A DNA stretch of 63,125 bases, counting the filler, from Stramenopiles sp. TOSAG23-3 (taxonomy: Eukaryota): assembly GCA_900128585.1 (NCBI GenBank). It is 6 parts of 6 records of this genome, joined end to end, with 100 filler letters (N's around TTAATTAATTAA, not from the genome) between each part and the next. Parts side by side here need not be neighbours in the genome. Positions count along the whole stretch, not along the records: positions 1 to 27,152 come from LT642264.1; 5 more parts are not named here. One strand, written 5' to 3'. The notes beneath the pieces were generated by a model that did not search any database, was not told the origin of the DNA, and saw only the letters and a list, made by a program, of their open reading frames with translations. Position 1 is the stretch's first letter. Each line of letters opens with the position of its first letter. Both the position numbers and the translations under genes were made by a program. Below, one piece after another: positions 1 through 10,517 of this stretch.

Positions 1-210
1 ATTCTTCATAACAGTATATGATCTAAGTTTTTATACACAAAACGTTTCAGAACACGAGAGAAAGTTTTGTTTGAAGTATGACTAGGAGAAACTGGTAGTT
101 GTTCAAAGGAGAATCAAAGCTTGATCAAGGAAGGTACAGTTAGTCAGGTTGTGCAGGTTTCGTTCTAAACGATAGTGAATTGTTCGGGTTGGTGAGGTTA
201 GGTCAGAACG

Positions 211-777
211 ATGACTTTCTTCAAACTGTTGCTGTTGGCCGTTTTTGTGTCCGTTTATATAGAGATTGCAATCGCGGGCGACGAGCTAACGCCTAGAGAG
301 CAGAAGATTAAGACATGTTCTGGTTACAATTCCAATTGTGCACTTTGTACGACCGATGAAGATTGTGGGTATTGCCAGTCGTTCGTAAGAAGTGGGGACG
401 GGACGTCAAAGTACGACGTGCGACTGTGCCTCGCCATTAACGAAAGTACCCAGCTTCCCTTGACGGGCGACCAGTGCGATAACTGGAGAATTAATAGTTG
501 CCCCTGCCCCAATGATTGTAATGACCACGGGGCGTGCGGGAGCGACGGTGTGTGCGAATGCGCGTACGCATGGACTGGCGAAGACTGCGGGTCGCCTCGC
601 CCAAATATGGTGAAGCCAGGTGTCATAATACCAATAGCCATTGGGACTGCATTCCTTGGCGCCGCTCTTGTCGTCTCGATTCAGCTGTTTGGCGGTGGCG
701 CTAGGTGCCTGAACCGCAAGGAAGATTTGAATAAGGACGAGAAAGATCTCCTGACTAAGAGCGAGAAAGAGACCTAG
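211..777 (+). CDS. Small type-I membrane protein with PSI-like and EGF-like (tenascin-type) Cys-rich domains
   Basis: Signal peptide (MTFFKLLLLAVFVSVYIEIAIAG), PSI-like CSGYNSNCALCTTDEDCGYC, EGF-like CPNDCNDHGACGSDGVCECAYAWTGEDC, C-terminal TM helix and short charged tail. Confidence 0.8.
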   Translation: MTFFKLLLLAVFVSVYIEIAIAGDELTPREQKIKTCSGYNSNCALCTTDEDCGYCQSFVRSGDGTSKYDVRLCLAINESTQLPLTGDQCDNWRINSCPCPNDCNDHGACGSDGVCECAYAWTGEDCGSPRPNMVKPGVIIPIAIGTAFLGAALVVSIQLFGGGARCLNRKEDLNKDEKDLLTKSEKET

Positions 778-1044
778 CTAATACCAGTAGTATTACGTAC
801 AATGCTTTAACTTTACTCTTAAAATACCTCTCTTTGTGTTCTAAAAGAGTACAAATGTAATTTTTATCTTTTACGAAGGTATTATATCGATTCTTTGTTA
901 TAGTGTCATAATCTCGTCAAACTTTAGTAAAGGTCAAAAAAAAAAAGTCATGTTTGTGATATAGGGTGAAGTTTGAAAGTTTAATTACACGTCAAGTTCT
1001 CTTAAAAATAAACTTAATTTTCATAATTTAATACCATTCAACAT

Positions 1045-4000
1045 TCACGTTCTGCAAGGGCCTAACTTGGCATCCTCTACCCACTTTGTAACATGACGCG
1101 CGTGGCCCGGAGCGACGGCATGGTGTGGGGAAAAGATACGACCATCTAAACTATTCCCAGACACATCTGGCACGTCCAGGCCGGGTATAATCCCAGGACC
1201 AAAGTTGTACTGGATCAACAACTTGCTCCTCTTTAAGGCATTGCCCGATGGTGCTTTGCAAGAACCGTTCTCTATTTCTACTTTTGATAGGACTCGACCC
1301 CATACCGCGACGTTGTCGACAACTGCATCTACGGGCGCGCCCAATTTCATCGCGCCCACGGTGAACCGCCCACTCCTGTCGGCGAAGGACAACACGCTAT
1401 TTTTGTTGTAATTTATGGACGATTGTGGAAACATCGCCGACACTACTAATTTGCCATTCACAAACAAACTCGCTTTGGTTCCCGTGAACGTCGCCATAAC
1501 ATGGTACCACTTGTTCAAACCAACGTCTATTTTACCAGCCGATCTAATCGACCCTATTGTAGTTTTCTCCTTTGACAACCTGTTGAAGTTGAACACAAAC
1601 CCACTCTCGTCCACTCCTAGCGACCAGCCCTCCGTTTTGCTTCCGCCCATCGCGGCAACGAGGGTCACGAATCCGTCCCCGTCTCGCGCGAATGCACGAA
1701 GCTTTGCAGAGATCGAAACGGTCAGCTCCTTTTTAGCATCTCGCTTCACCACCTGGAAACCCTTGTATCCCGCGCTAATGTAAGGGCCTCCGTGAAGCGA
1801 CAACGCATAGCTCGAATTGCTTTGCGGCCTGAATTTTGTTGCATGAACTAATTTTGCTTGCTTCTTGACAAGAGACTTGCTGAGGTCATAATCTGCCTTC
1901 AATTTATCAGCCTCAAACTGTGCTTCGGTGCGGCTCTTGCGGGCCCTCGGGCATTCGACCTCGTTTAACTTCGCAGATGCTGCCTGTTTCAAAACTAGCA
2001 ATGCAGACACATCCTTAATATTGCTGGTCAAGTGTGCAAAGACCTTCTTGAAGCCCTTCTTCTTTGCAAGGATCTTGTCCTTTTCATACCCCGTGGTATT
2101 TTTCTGTGCTTCTAGGCTCTTCAGTTCCGTCTGGGCTTTGTCCAGTGCTGCCTTCTTCAGTATATATTGGGGGTTATCTAATTGCTGGGGTGCCTTCGCC
2201 AATTCTAATTTGGCATCCTCGACTTGAGTAATGGCAATCTTAGACTTATCGGCAAGATCTACAAACTCCGACAGCTTCGTGGCGTAAGCGTTTCCCAGTT
2301 TATTGTTTTCTTTTTCCTCAGCCAAAAGTTTGGTTTGAGACTCACGCTTCAATCCTTCCGTCTTCGTTACCATGAGGGCGGCTGCCTTCGCAGATTCGCA
2401 AACTTTAGCTTCCTTTGCTAACATAGCTTCAAACTGTTCGATTTGTGCGGTCCACAAGCCTTCTATAGCAGCGGATTTTTCCTTCATCGCATTGAGTTTG
2501 GCTTCTAAGACTTCTACGTTAGCCACAGGCCCTGTCGATATCTTCTCTTCCGGCTCGTCCGCCCCAGCATCGCTTTGGGCGGCCATGATCTTCCCAAGAG
2601 CACTTTTTGCTGGCAGTGCCTTCTCGGATCCCGCTGCGCTCCCGGGCTTGTTCGCCCCATTTGAAGATGCGCCCTTCGAAGCGTTAACGGTGTCAGCAAC
2701 CAGAGAGTTTTCGATGCTGTCCGTAACGTTGCCGAGCTTGTCGCCGGTCATCCCGGAGCTGCTGTTTGTCGCGCCGTTTGACATGGACGAGTTATCACTT
2801 GCACCAGTGGCCGTTCTGCCGGCTACCCCACTCCATCGTTTGATTTTTGCACGCCTCGCGCCCTCTTTGAACCCAAGGACGTTGAATTTTGCTAATGCAG
2901 GAGCCATCAGTTTGTCGGCGTCGTCCAGACTCGCCGATACCCCCGTCTCTCCTCCCAGCCCGGTTGCTCCATGAACCCCCCTCGGACCCATTAATTTATT
3001 GGCTTGCCTGGCGGCTTCTCGCAGCCCCTCTGTGTAACCGGATTTTTCTGCCTCCGACATTTCACTGGGAGTCAAACCAAGAGAGACTTTGTTTGCGCCG
3101 ATCATGCCCTTTTCCCCCTTTTCAGACAATCGTAATTTTTTCACTGCGCTCTTCAGGTTACCTTGAAGGTTATCGTATTCCTTCCTCAACTCTACCGCCT
3201 TTGCATTCAGGACAATGATCTTTTGCGAGTTCTTTCCGTCCGTGTTGTTCGTCTTGAACTTTCCTAACGAAGTTTCCACAGAGTGCAGTGTAATCTCTTT
3301 AGATACCATGTTGCTGCGAGTGGTAAGGGCATTCTTGAGCGCTGCTATCTGAGCCACCTTTGACTCTGTCTGGACAACATGACGAACAGGGCACGATTCC
3401 ACACCTCGCCCTAGCTGGTGGACCCACTGCGACATGTATTCGGGAGGGCAAGTGTCCATCACGGATGGGCCAACAGCTGACCCTTCGGTGCACGTCAACC
3501 GTGCCCCGCACCACCCGCAGCCTGCTTTGGTGCACTGCCCGCAGTCTCCATAGTCGGCGCAAGCCGATCCTTCTACACCGTCGAACTCCCATTTTGAAAT
3601 GTCCCCGTCGAAAAAGTAGGGTCCATCTTTTGTCCCTGCAAAACAGCCAGAGCCAGGAATGTACCCACACCCCGCATCCATGGTGCACTCTTGTGGGCTC
3701 AGGTACAGCCCACAGGCTACCGCAAAAATAGGGGCTTGCTGAGGAATTGGCTCATTTATAACTGAGACTTGGACCTTATCCGCAATTTGCATCTTATTCA
3801 GGATGGACCGTTCCCGGTCCAGCGCCACCCTGGTGGCCACAACTTCCCCGCCATGAGTAATTTTCGTTTGATTTGCACCTTCGATTTTGGATTCAATTTG
3901 AAGCTCTTTTGAATTGCACGCGTCAACGCGTTCGCGCAGCAGAATTAGCTTGTGATTCTGGTTGACAGGGGTAACGCTCAATCCTTGTTTGCTGAGGGCC

Positions 4001-5565
4001 AAAGCATGCTTTTTTTTGATGTCGTCCAACTTTTTTTCTCTGTTGTATGCTAGAAGCGCCGACTCGGATTTCTTCCGCATGTCTGTGATTTCGTCCTTTA
4101 GCTTTTGTTCTTGCACGCGCGATTCCTGCAACTGCAGGTTCCACCGGGCTTCCTCTTTGTCGGTGTTTTCGCCCGTCAAAGCGTGCTCTGCGTCCTTGAC
4201 GCTATGCGTCGCTGCAGTCAAGTTTTGTGCTGTTTGATGGAGCAAAACTTTGAAATTGGCAACTTTGTTTGCGAGCTGGGTGACCACGTCTTCGTCCTCT
4301 GCAGCCTCTTCTGCCAAATCCATGCCGCGCATCTTTGCCCTTTCTTTGTCGTTTCGCAGCTGCGCGGTTTGGTTCTCTATTTTCTCGAGCTCTGCAATTG
4401 ACTCCTCGCATTCCTTTCTGTGGTGGTATAGATCCTCTTTCGAATTCAACATTAGGAGGAGGGTCTTTGACCTGTCCTGGACGGCCTTGTTGTGCGCAGT
4501 TTCTGCCAATTCGACCTTTTCCTCTTGCGCTCGAATTTTCTCTTCTTTGGCGGCCTTCGCTTTTGCCAGCTCCTCCTTCCTTGCTGCAATGCGCTGGGCC
4601 TTTTCGCCGTACATTTTCTTGAGGATGTTCAACCCCGCTGGGAAATTTGACGTGGTGTTGAGCTGGTCGCCCGGGGCCACTGCACTCTTCCCGCCTTTTA
4701 GGGAGACTTCCTTGGCCTGCGCGACTGGCTCTGCCGGAGGAGCTTTCTCGACAACGTTGGTTACGTTCCCAGAGACGACCCCCTTGTGAGCGATCAGCAC
4801 GAACTTCAAAATTTCCAAGTTGTTCGTCAAACCCAACAGTTGCTTCAGCGCCGCCAGTTGGGATTTCTGGGCCAGCGATTTGGTTGCGTAAGCAACGGCT
4901 TTCTCCCGGCACTTCGCTGTCAAACCGGCGTTAAATGCAGCCTCCCCAACTCGCCGAGCACCGAAAGCTTCAGCCTCTAGCGCTGTTCCCAGCTTCACTT
5001 TATCGCTCTTCGACTCCAATTCCGCAACCCGTGCGGTTTGCGACCTCGAGTCTTCATCGCACGTCCGTCTGATTTTCCCCCACGCTTCTTTTCCAAGCTT
5101 TTGGAGGGCAATAACACCCTTCCTTAACTCGAAGAACGGTTTTTTAAATTCTGCTGCATTATCGATGCTTTTCTTGCTCATGCGGTACACCAACTTTTCG
5201 TACAACTTTGCCCCCGCTTCGGTTCCCTGCAACTGCCTCAAAGACCGCTTTACTAAGCTCACGTCTTCTGCAGAAAAACCAGATGCAGCAGGGACTTCCG
5301 CGACCAGAACGTTCTCGTTCCCAGTCTTCATTGCAATTTGCGTGCCGACGTCAATCTTCTCCTGAACAAGTTTCTGCAACAGAGGGTCGTCGTATCCTTT
5401 TGTTGCTTTGAACCTCATATAAGTTACGCGCGGCAATACCCCTGCGTTGGATGTGATCAGGGGTACTCTCCTCCCCAAATCATCCAGCTGAAACGCTTCG
5501 TATGCCCGTACAGACACGCAAAGAACTGCCAAGACGCAAACAAAAAGTCTGTTGCTCCGTGCCAT
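1045..5565 (-). CDS. Large secreted coiled-coil protein with PSI repeats and a C-terminal LamG/concanavalin-A-like domain
   Basis: Single long ORF. The likely start is ATG 5565 (MARSNRLFVCVLAVLCVSVRA signal peptide). Long heptad regions, PSI-like CADYGDCGQCTKAGCGWC, LamG3 signature WYHVMATFTGTKASLFVNG...VDNVAVWGRVLSKVEI. Confidence 0.75.
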   Translation of the reverse strand: MARSNRLFVCVLAVLCVSVRAYEAFQLDDLGRRVPLITSNAGVLPRVTYMRFKATKGYDDPLLQKLVQEKIDVGTQIAMKTGNENVLVAEVPAASGFSAEDVSLVKRSLRQLQGTEAGAKLYEKLVYRMSKKSIDNAAEFKKPFFELRKGVIALQKLGKEAWGKIRRTCDEDSRSQTARVAELESKSDKVKLGTALEAEAFGARRVGEAAFNAGLTAKCREKAVAYATKSLAQKSQLAALKQLLGLTNNLEILKFVLIAHKGVVSGNVTNVVEKAPPAEPVAQAKEVSLKGGKSAVAPGDQLNTTSNFPAGLNILKKMYGEKAQRIAARKEELAKAKAAKEEKIRAQEEKVELAETAHNKAVQDRSKTLLLMLNSKEDLYHHRKECEESIAELEKIENQTAQLRNDKERAKMRGMDLAEEAAEDEDVVTQLANKVANFKVLLHQTAQNLTAATHSVKDAEHALTGENTDKEEARWNLQLQESRVQEQKLKDEITDMRKKSESALLAYNREKKLDDIKKKHALALSKQGLSVTPVNQNHKLILLRERVDACNSKELQIESKIEGANQTKITHGGEVVATRVALDRERSILNKMQIADKVQVSVINEPIPQQAPIFAVACGLYLSPQECTMDAGCGYIPGSGCFAGTKDGPYFFDGDISKWEFDGVEGSACADYGDCGQCTKAGCGWCGARLTCTEGSAVGPSVMDTCPPEYMSQWVHQLGRGVESCPVRHVVQTESKVAQIAALKNALTTRSNMVSKEITLHSVETSLGKFKTNNTDGKNSQKIIVLNAKAVELRKEYDNLQGNLKSAVKKLRLSEKGEKGMIGANKVSLGLTPSEMSEAEKSGYTEGLREAARQANKLMGPRGVHGATGLGGETGVSASLDDADKLMAPALAKFNVLGFKEGARRAKIKRWSGVAGRTATGASDNSSMSNGATNSSSGMTGDKLGNVTDSIENSLVADTVNASKGASSNGANKPGSAAGSEKALPAKSALGKIMAAQSDAGADEPEEKISTGPVANVEVLEAKLNAMKEKSAAIEGLWTAQIEQFEAMLAKEAKVCESAKAAALMVTKTEGLKRESQTKLLAEEKENNKLGNAYATKLSEFVDLADKSKIAITQVEDAKLELAKAPQQLDNPQYILKKAALDKAQTELKSLEAQKNTTGYEKDKILAKKKGFKKVFAHLTSNIKDVSALLVLKQAASAKLNEVECPRARKSRTEAQFEADKLKADYDLSKSLVKKQAKLVHATKFRPQSNSSYALSLHGGPYISAGYKGFQVVKRDAKKELTVSISAKLRAFARDGDGFVTLVAAMGGSKTEGWSLGVDESGFVFNFNRLSKEKTTIGSIRSAGKIDVGLNKWYHVMATFTGTKASLFVNGKLVVSAMFPQSSINYNKNSVLSFADRSGRFTVGAMKLGAPVDAVVDNVAVWGRVLSKVEIENGSCKAPSGNALKRSKLLIQYNFGPGIIPGLDVPDVSGNSLDGRIFSPHHAVAPGHARHVTKWVEDAKLGPCRT

Positions 5566-6353
5566 TGTAATGATTCGTCTGACTTTATAACGTACGCACC
5601 CACAGATTCTAAGTTGCACACACACTCCTTTATTTATTCCTCCTCCCATATCGTCTGCGGTGATTCTCACATGTTGGAACTCTGGAGCACTTGCAACATC
5701 CGCGTCGCCGCATCCCGTAACTGCGAAACAGAAGATAGAGTTACAGCCACTATCATTTTTCCTTCCATTTTTTCCTTCCCGGAATTGTTTAGCGAACGAT
5801 AATTACAAACAAGTACAGATAAAAAACAAAAAGGCAAGCCATGGTAGCATTGGAAATCCAATATTGATAGGGACAGTTTTGACTGGATTTGTTTGTACTT
5901 AAAATATGACAGACACTACACCACATCGAATACATTAGCCTATGACCGTAAATCCTGCTTCAATCCCGGACCCCCCTTTTTTTCAATACAGTTTTTCCTT
6001 TCATTTTGGTTCTTCCTCTTCACTTCTTCGTTTCTTTCTTGTGGAATAAAACTCTTCATTTACATATTTAGTTCTTTTGTGTATTATGTTATTTGATAGG
6101 TGTATAATTACACATATATGTAATATATTATATATGCTATATTCATATGTACAATATAGCAATAGTGAGAGTCGACGTTTAAAAATATTAGAATACCAAT
6201 AGAAGTACGTTTTTACGTTTTATCCCTTCTATAATTATCAAGCAATTCTTTTCTGAAATAAATTAGAAATTTTGAAAGTACTAATATTAATAATATATAT
6301 GTAATAACAAAATAACCAAAAATGTTGTTAGCTCTATGAATTTAAATTATTCA

Positions 6354-6466
6354 TCTTCTTTTTCTTCTTCTTCTTCTTCTTTTTCTTCTTCTTTCTTCTT
6401 CTTTCTTCTTCTTCTTCTTCTTCTTCTTCTTCTTCTTCTTCTTTCTTCTTCTTCTTCTTTCTTCTT
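6354..6466. repeat. (CTT)n microsatellite
   Basis: Long imperfect CTT run; similar runs near 6783-6826, 13000-13025 and 32340-32480. Confidence 0.95.
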
Positions 6467-7078
6467 GAGGTACTACGTAGGCAATATAGCCTCTTTTTAC
6501 TTTTTTTTAATTGAACAACTACTGACCACCAGCTAGTCGACTAACAAACCAGAGGAGATGAAAGCTGAAGAAGAAGAAGAAGAAAGAAACAAAAAAAAGG
6601 AAAAATACTCCATCCATCCTTCCTCGTTCGTAGAGGAGGCAAAGAAAGTATTTATTATTATTTTATTCTACTAAATTATAAATTATAATACAGTACTGTA
6701 CTATAATACAATATAACTACTATTATTACACTCCTCTACTACAACACTATAATACCAAGTACAACAAAAAAAAAGGGCAAATTCTTCTTCTTTCGTTCTT
6801 CTTCTTCTTCTTCTTCTTCTTCTTCTACATTATTTTATTCAAGCTCTTCTAGCGAGCTCTAATAATACAATCTGAATTGATATGTTTTGTGGTGGAAAAA
6901 GTGTTTGTTTGTTTTAAAAATCTGAAATTAGGGGGTGTACGTGATTACGTCAATGTTGTGAAAGGGAATTAAATTATTTAAAGGGAGACAAGGGGAAGAA
7001 AAAACGATTTCCTGGCTTGCAAGTGTTTCCGTAACTAGGCGTTTGACAAACAGGTGCACACGTAATATACTTTGGTGA

Positions 7079-8710
7079 ATGGCAGACGAAAAAGCAGCGC
7101 TTAAGCTATTGAATAAGCTACGCCGTTTGCCCGGCAACAAACAATGCGCTTCGTGCAATGAAACCTGTAAGAACCCGATGGGGTACTCGAATATATGCGT
7201 CAAATTCAAAATATTTGTGTGCAGTATCTGCAAAAGTGCTCACCAAAGCTATTCTCACAGGGTGAAGCACAGCAGTATGAGCACGTTCTCGCTGAGTGAG
7301 GTGGAAAGTTTTCGCTACGAGAACGGCGGCGGCAATGATGCTGCGAGGGAACTGTATTTTGGTGGCCTCCCCGACGGCTTCGATGGGTGGCCTGCGCAAG
7401 GAGACCTAAAGGAAGCAAAGAAATTCATCGACCAGGCCTACAACGAACTGCGTTTTAAGGGAAGAGCTTCAAAATCCCACAAAAAGAAAAAGCGGAAGGA
7501 GAAAAAGAAAAAGCGGTCGAAACAGGAGAAGGCTGGTGCCTCGATGGACGAAGGGGTGTTCGGCTCCGAAATGAGTGATGACCCCTTCGGAGGTTTCGGA
7601 GGGAGCAGCAGCAATGCGGTGCCAGCAGGCCCCAGTGGCGACGAGGGCGATTTGTTCGGGGGTTTCGGAGGGGGCAGCAGCAGTGGGATGCCAGCGGGCC
7701 CCAGCGGCGACGAGGGTGATTCTATATTTGGTTTTGATGGGGAATCTCACGCCGCCCTGGAAACCTCGGGCACTACGGATGAGGCCACTTTTTTTGGTTT
7801 AAACGGCCCTGCTTCGGACAACACGCCAAGTGTCGCAATGCAGAATAGTGCCACCGGCTCCCAAGGAGACGAGCTGGGCAACTTCGGGGTTTTTGAAAAT
7901 AATAGCGGTCAAAATGGGACTTCCTCGTCTGCGCCATTTCCATCTGGCGCATCCCTGGACTTTGGTTTTGGGGACAACACTGTGCAAAACCGTGAAAGTC
8001 ATAATGTGGAGTTTTCGGGGTTTCCCAATTCATCGGAAAAGAAGGATAGACGAAAAAAGAAAAGTAAGAGAGAGAAGAAAGACAAGAAGGAGAAGAAGAA
8101 ACATTCCTCTACACGTGAAACCCAGGATGATCTGCTCAATTTTGCTGACGATGCCTTTGGTAATTTCAACGTATCGCCGCAAATGAATAACAATGGTGTC
8201 GGCAGCGGAACGGACATAAATCAGGGTTCTGCAGCCCCGCAACAACCTTCTGGGAACCTCCTAGGATCATTGTCTTCGTTGTACACGAATGAAAGTGCCC
8301 CCTCGGCGCCGTCCACGAGCATGGATCCATTTTCGACGATTGCACGCTCTACGTCAGCGCCCAGCCAATTGCAAGGAGCAGGAAACAGCAACTTCCCCTT
8401 TTCAATGGGGGGTGCGACGAACAACACGCCGACCAATTCGTTTTATATGGCTCCCTCAAACAGCATGTCGACAAACAGCATGTCGACAAACAACATGATG
8501 TCGACCAATTCGTTTTCTCAGCGACCGATGATGTCTGGTGGACTCGGTGCTTCCTCTGACTTTTTCTCGGCCCCGTCGTCCTCCAGCGCCATGTCGATGA
8601 TGGGCACGGGCAGCAAGCCAATGAACATCATGAATGCTGGCAGCAGCGCCAAAAAAGGCACGACGAGTAAGGACGTTCGAGATCCATTTGCTGGGCTTGT
8701 CAGCTTTTGA
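7079..8710 (+). CDS. ArfGAP-domain protein (AGFG/SMAP-like) with a low-complexity FG/DPF-rich tail
   Basis: LRRLPGNKQCASC...FVCSICKSAH...HRVK.SMSTFS..EV....GGND.AR zinc-finger ArfGAP pattern; DPF, DLF and FG motifs, ending DPFAGL. Confidence 0.85.
   Translation: MADEKAALKLLNKLRRLPGNKQCASCNETCKNPMGYSNICVKFKIFVCSICKSAHQSYSHRVKHSSMSTFSLSEVESFRYENGGGNDAARELYFGGLPDGFDGWPAQGDLKEAKKFIDQAYNELRFKGRASKSHKKKKRKEKKKKRSKQEKAGASMDEGVFGSEMSDDPFGGFGGSSSNAVPAGPSGDEGDLFGGFGGGSSSGMPAGPSGDEGDSIFGFDGESHAALETSGTTDEATFFGLNGPASDNTPSVAMQNSATGSQGDELGNFGVFENNSGQNGTSSSAPFPSGASLDFGFGDNTVQNRESHNVEFSGFPNSSEKKDRRKKKSKREKKDKKEKKKHSSTRETQDDLLNFADDAFGNFNVSPQMNNNGVGSGTDINQGSAAPQQPSGNLLGSLSSLYTNESAPSAPSTSMDPFSTIARSTSAPSQLQGAGNSNFPFSMGGATNNTPTNSFYMAPSNSMSTNSMSTNNMMSTNSFSQRPMMSGGLGASSDFFSAPSSSSAMSMMGTGSKPMNIMNAGSSAKKGTTSKDVRDPFAGLVSF
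7586..7720 (+). repeat. In-frame 69-bp tandem duplication in the ArfGAP tail
   Basis: FGGFGG(S/G)SS..PAGPSGDEGD twice; copies start at 7586 and 7655. Confidence 0.9.
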
Positions 8711-8713
8711 AAG

Positions 8714-8745
8714 ATTAAAAACAAGAAAATTGGCTGTTATTTAAT
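8714..8745 (+). repeat. Dispersed motif of about 28 bp, TTAAAAACAAGAAAATTGGCTGTTATTT (one copy)
   Basis: Near-identical copies at about 51889-51920 (+), 59034-59048 (partial, +), and 61140-61167, 61173-61195, 61398-61426 (-). Confidence 0.85.
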
Positions 8746-8954
8746 TAATTAAGAGAGATTAAAAGGGAGGAGGGGATAGACCACATTTTAAATATTTTGT
8801 TTTACCGTTGTTATCCCTCTGTAAACATAAGTCGTATGTACATCATTTATTTATAATTTTTTATATTCATTGAACAGTAAGACTTAGAACACGACAATAA
8901 CCCACAAGAATTTAACCCCCCTCAGCAAGATCCCATACAAAAGGTCTGAGTTTT

Positions 8955-9932
8955 TTACTTCTTGAAATCGATGCGCCTATTTCTGGATTCCAGTACCCAG
9001 TCCTCAGGGTCCATGGTCTCCAAAAAACATTTTGTTTGCTTGCCTAGAATCACAGAAGTCTGCTGTCGACTCCTATCCCCAATAATCTTTAACCCCAAAT
9101 AAATCTCATTCATTATATCTACATTTTCGTCGATACCTTGTTGCTGCACTTTCTCAAGGAACCCTACCAAATGATCCTCAAAATGCTTCAGCAAAGTGAT
9201 GGTAAACTTGAAAAAAAAATCCCAACCATGCATGAAGAAGGAGTCCCACACCAGACATAGCAACTTTCCTTCCAGAACGTAAGAATATAAGGTCAAAACC
9301 CACTCGGTCGCATAAGTCACAGGCTCAATGCTGTATTTTTCAAAGTAAGAGTGCAGTATTGGGCAGTGCTTTTCACAAAAGACGGAAACGAGCTTCATCT
9401 TTTGCAGCGCGCCGGTCATCCCAACTGCAAAATTATGAAGCAAAAGATATTTTTTGCATACCATCATCCTTGTGAAAATTTCAAAAGCGACGTTTTCATC
9501 CACGTGCTTCAGCAAGTGCGCGACGATCATATTCATTCCTTGGACATAACCGCATCTTTCGCTCTCCGGTACTAACGCTCGTTCTAGGCAAACCCAGGCA
9601 ATCAGGACTCGCCGAAGCCCGCGCTGGCCGTTGCCCTCTTTGCTTCTGAACAAAATATGCCGAGGGCAGGTTCGACCAATGTCGCGATCAATAGCATCCG
9701 CACAAGCCGGGGGTGCAGACTGGTTTCTATAATACCAGTACAATAACGTTAAGCGACCATGCTTTCTCCGGCCATTAATTGAATTGAACCTTTTCGCACC
9801 AGACTTTCTCTTTCGAGCTTCTGTAAGCCATAAACGACCGTGAGCAGTCATTTCTGTGCCGCTCCCCCGCCGACACGGCCCTTGGCTGGAAGAAGCAAAC
9901 CGTATCTTCCTTCTCGGCGCACAATCTCCCAT
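8955..9932 (-). CDS. Rab-GAP TBC domain protein
   Basis: IDRDIGRT (Arg finger), GYVQGMN (Gln finger), EWVLTLY, VWDSFFMHG. The 5' end is uncertain because an upstream exon is possible. Confidence 0.9.
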   Translation of the reverse strand: MGDCAPRRKIRFASSSQGPCRRGSGTEMTAHGRLWLTEARKRKSGAKRFNSINGRRKHGRLTLLYWYYRNQSAPPACADAIDRDIGRTCPRHILFRSKEGNGQRGLRRVLIAWVCLERALVPESERCGYVQGMNMIVAHLLKHVDENVAFEIFTRMMVCKKYLLLHNFAVGMTGALQKMKLVSVFCEKHCPILHSYFEKYSIEPVTYATEWVLTLYSYVLEGKLLCLVWDSFFMHGWDFFFKFTITLLKHFEDHLVGFLEKVQQQGIDENVDIMNEIYLGLKIIGDRSRQQTSVILGKQTKCFLETMDPEDWVLESRNRRIDFKK

Positions 9933-10517
9933 CGCCAAACGCTACAAATTAGTATTCTACCACAGTTTGCATGGCACTCCAATAATCTAAATTTCGTATA
10001 AAACGTCACCTATTTACGATTCAGATCAATTTTCTATCCAATACGTCTACATATTTTCTCCATAAGCATTGAATTAAAAATCCTATAATAATAAAAAATA
10101 AAAAAATATTATTTTTTTTTTATTATTACTTACTACTACGAGCGTATTAGTAGTCGTCGTCGTCGTCGTCTATCTATAATTATAATATAAATACAGTATA
10201 ATAACAACAACACATTATTATTTTTTTTATTGTATTACTGTATTATTATTATCATATTATTATTTTTATAAAAAAAAATATAATACAGCAGTATTATTAA
10301 TAATAATAATAATACAATAATTAATAATATTATAACAACAATGAGTGATTATTAGCATTACAGATCGATTCGTCAGCAGCAGCATGATATGTTGTCCTCC
10401 TTTTCCTTCTTCTTTTTTCTTCTTCTCCCCGACGATCAAATTTGTTGTTGTGGTGTGAACAAATACTAGTTGCATCAAAATGCAAACATAAGAATACGTA
10501 GTAATTACGCCTCGATC

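Noticed and set aside
6336-6536. Poly-Ser/Phe/Leu ORF and other short ORFs in AT-rich spacers
   Set aside because: These are translations of microsatellite and low-complexity intergenic DNA.
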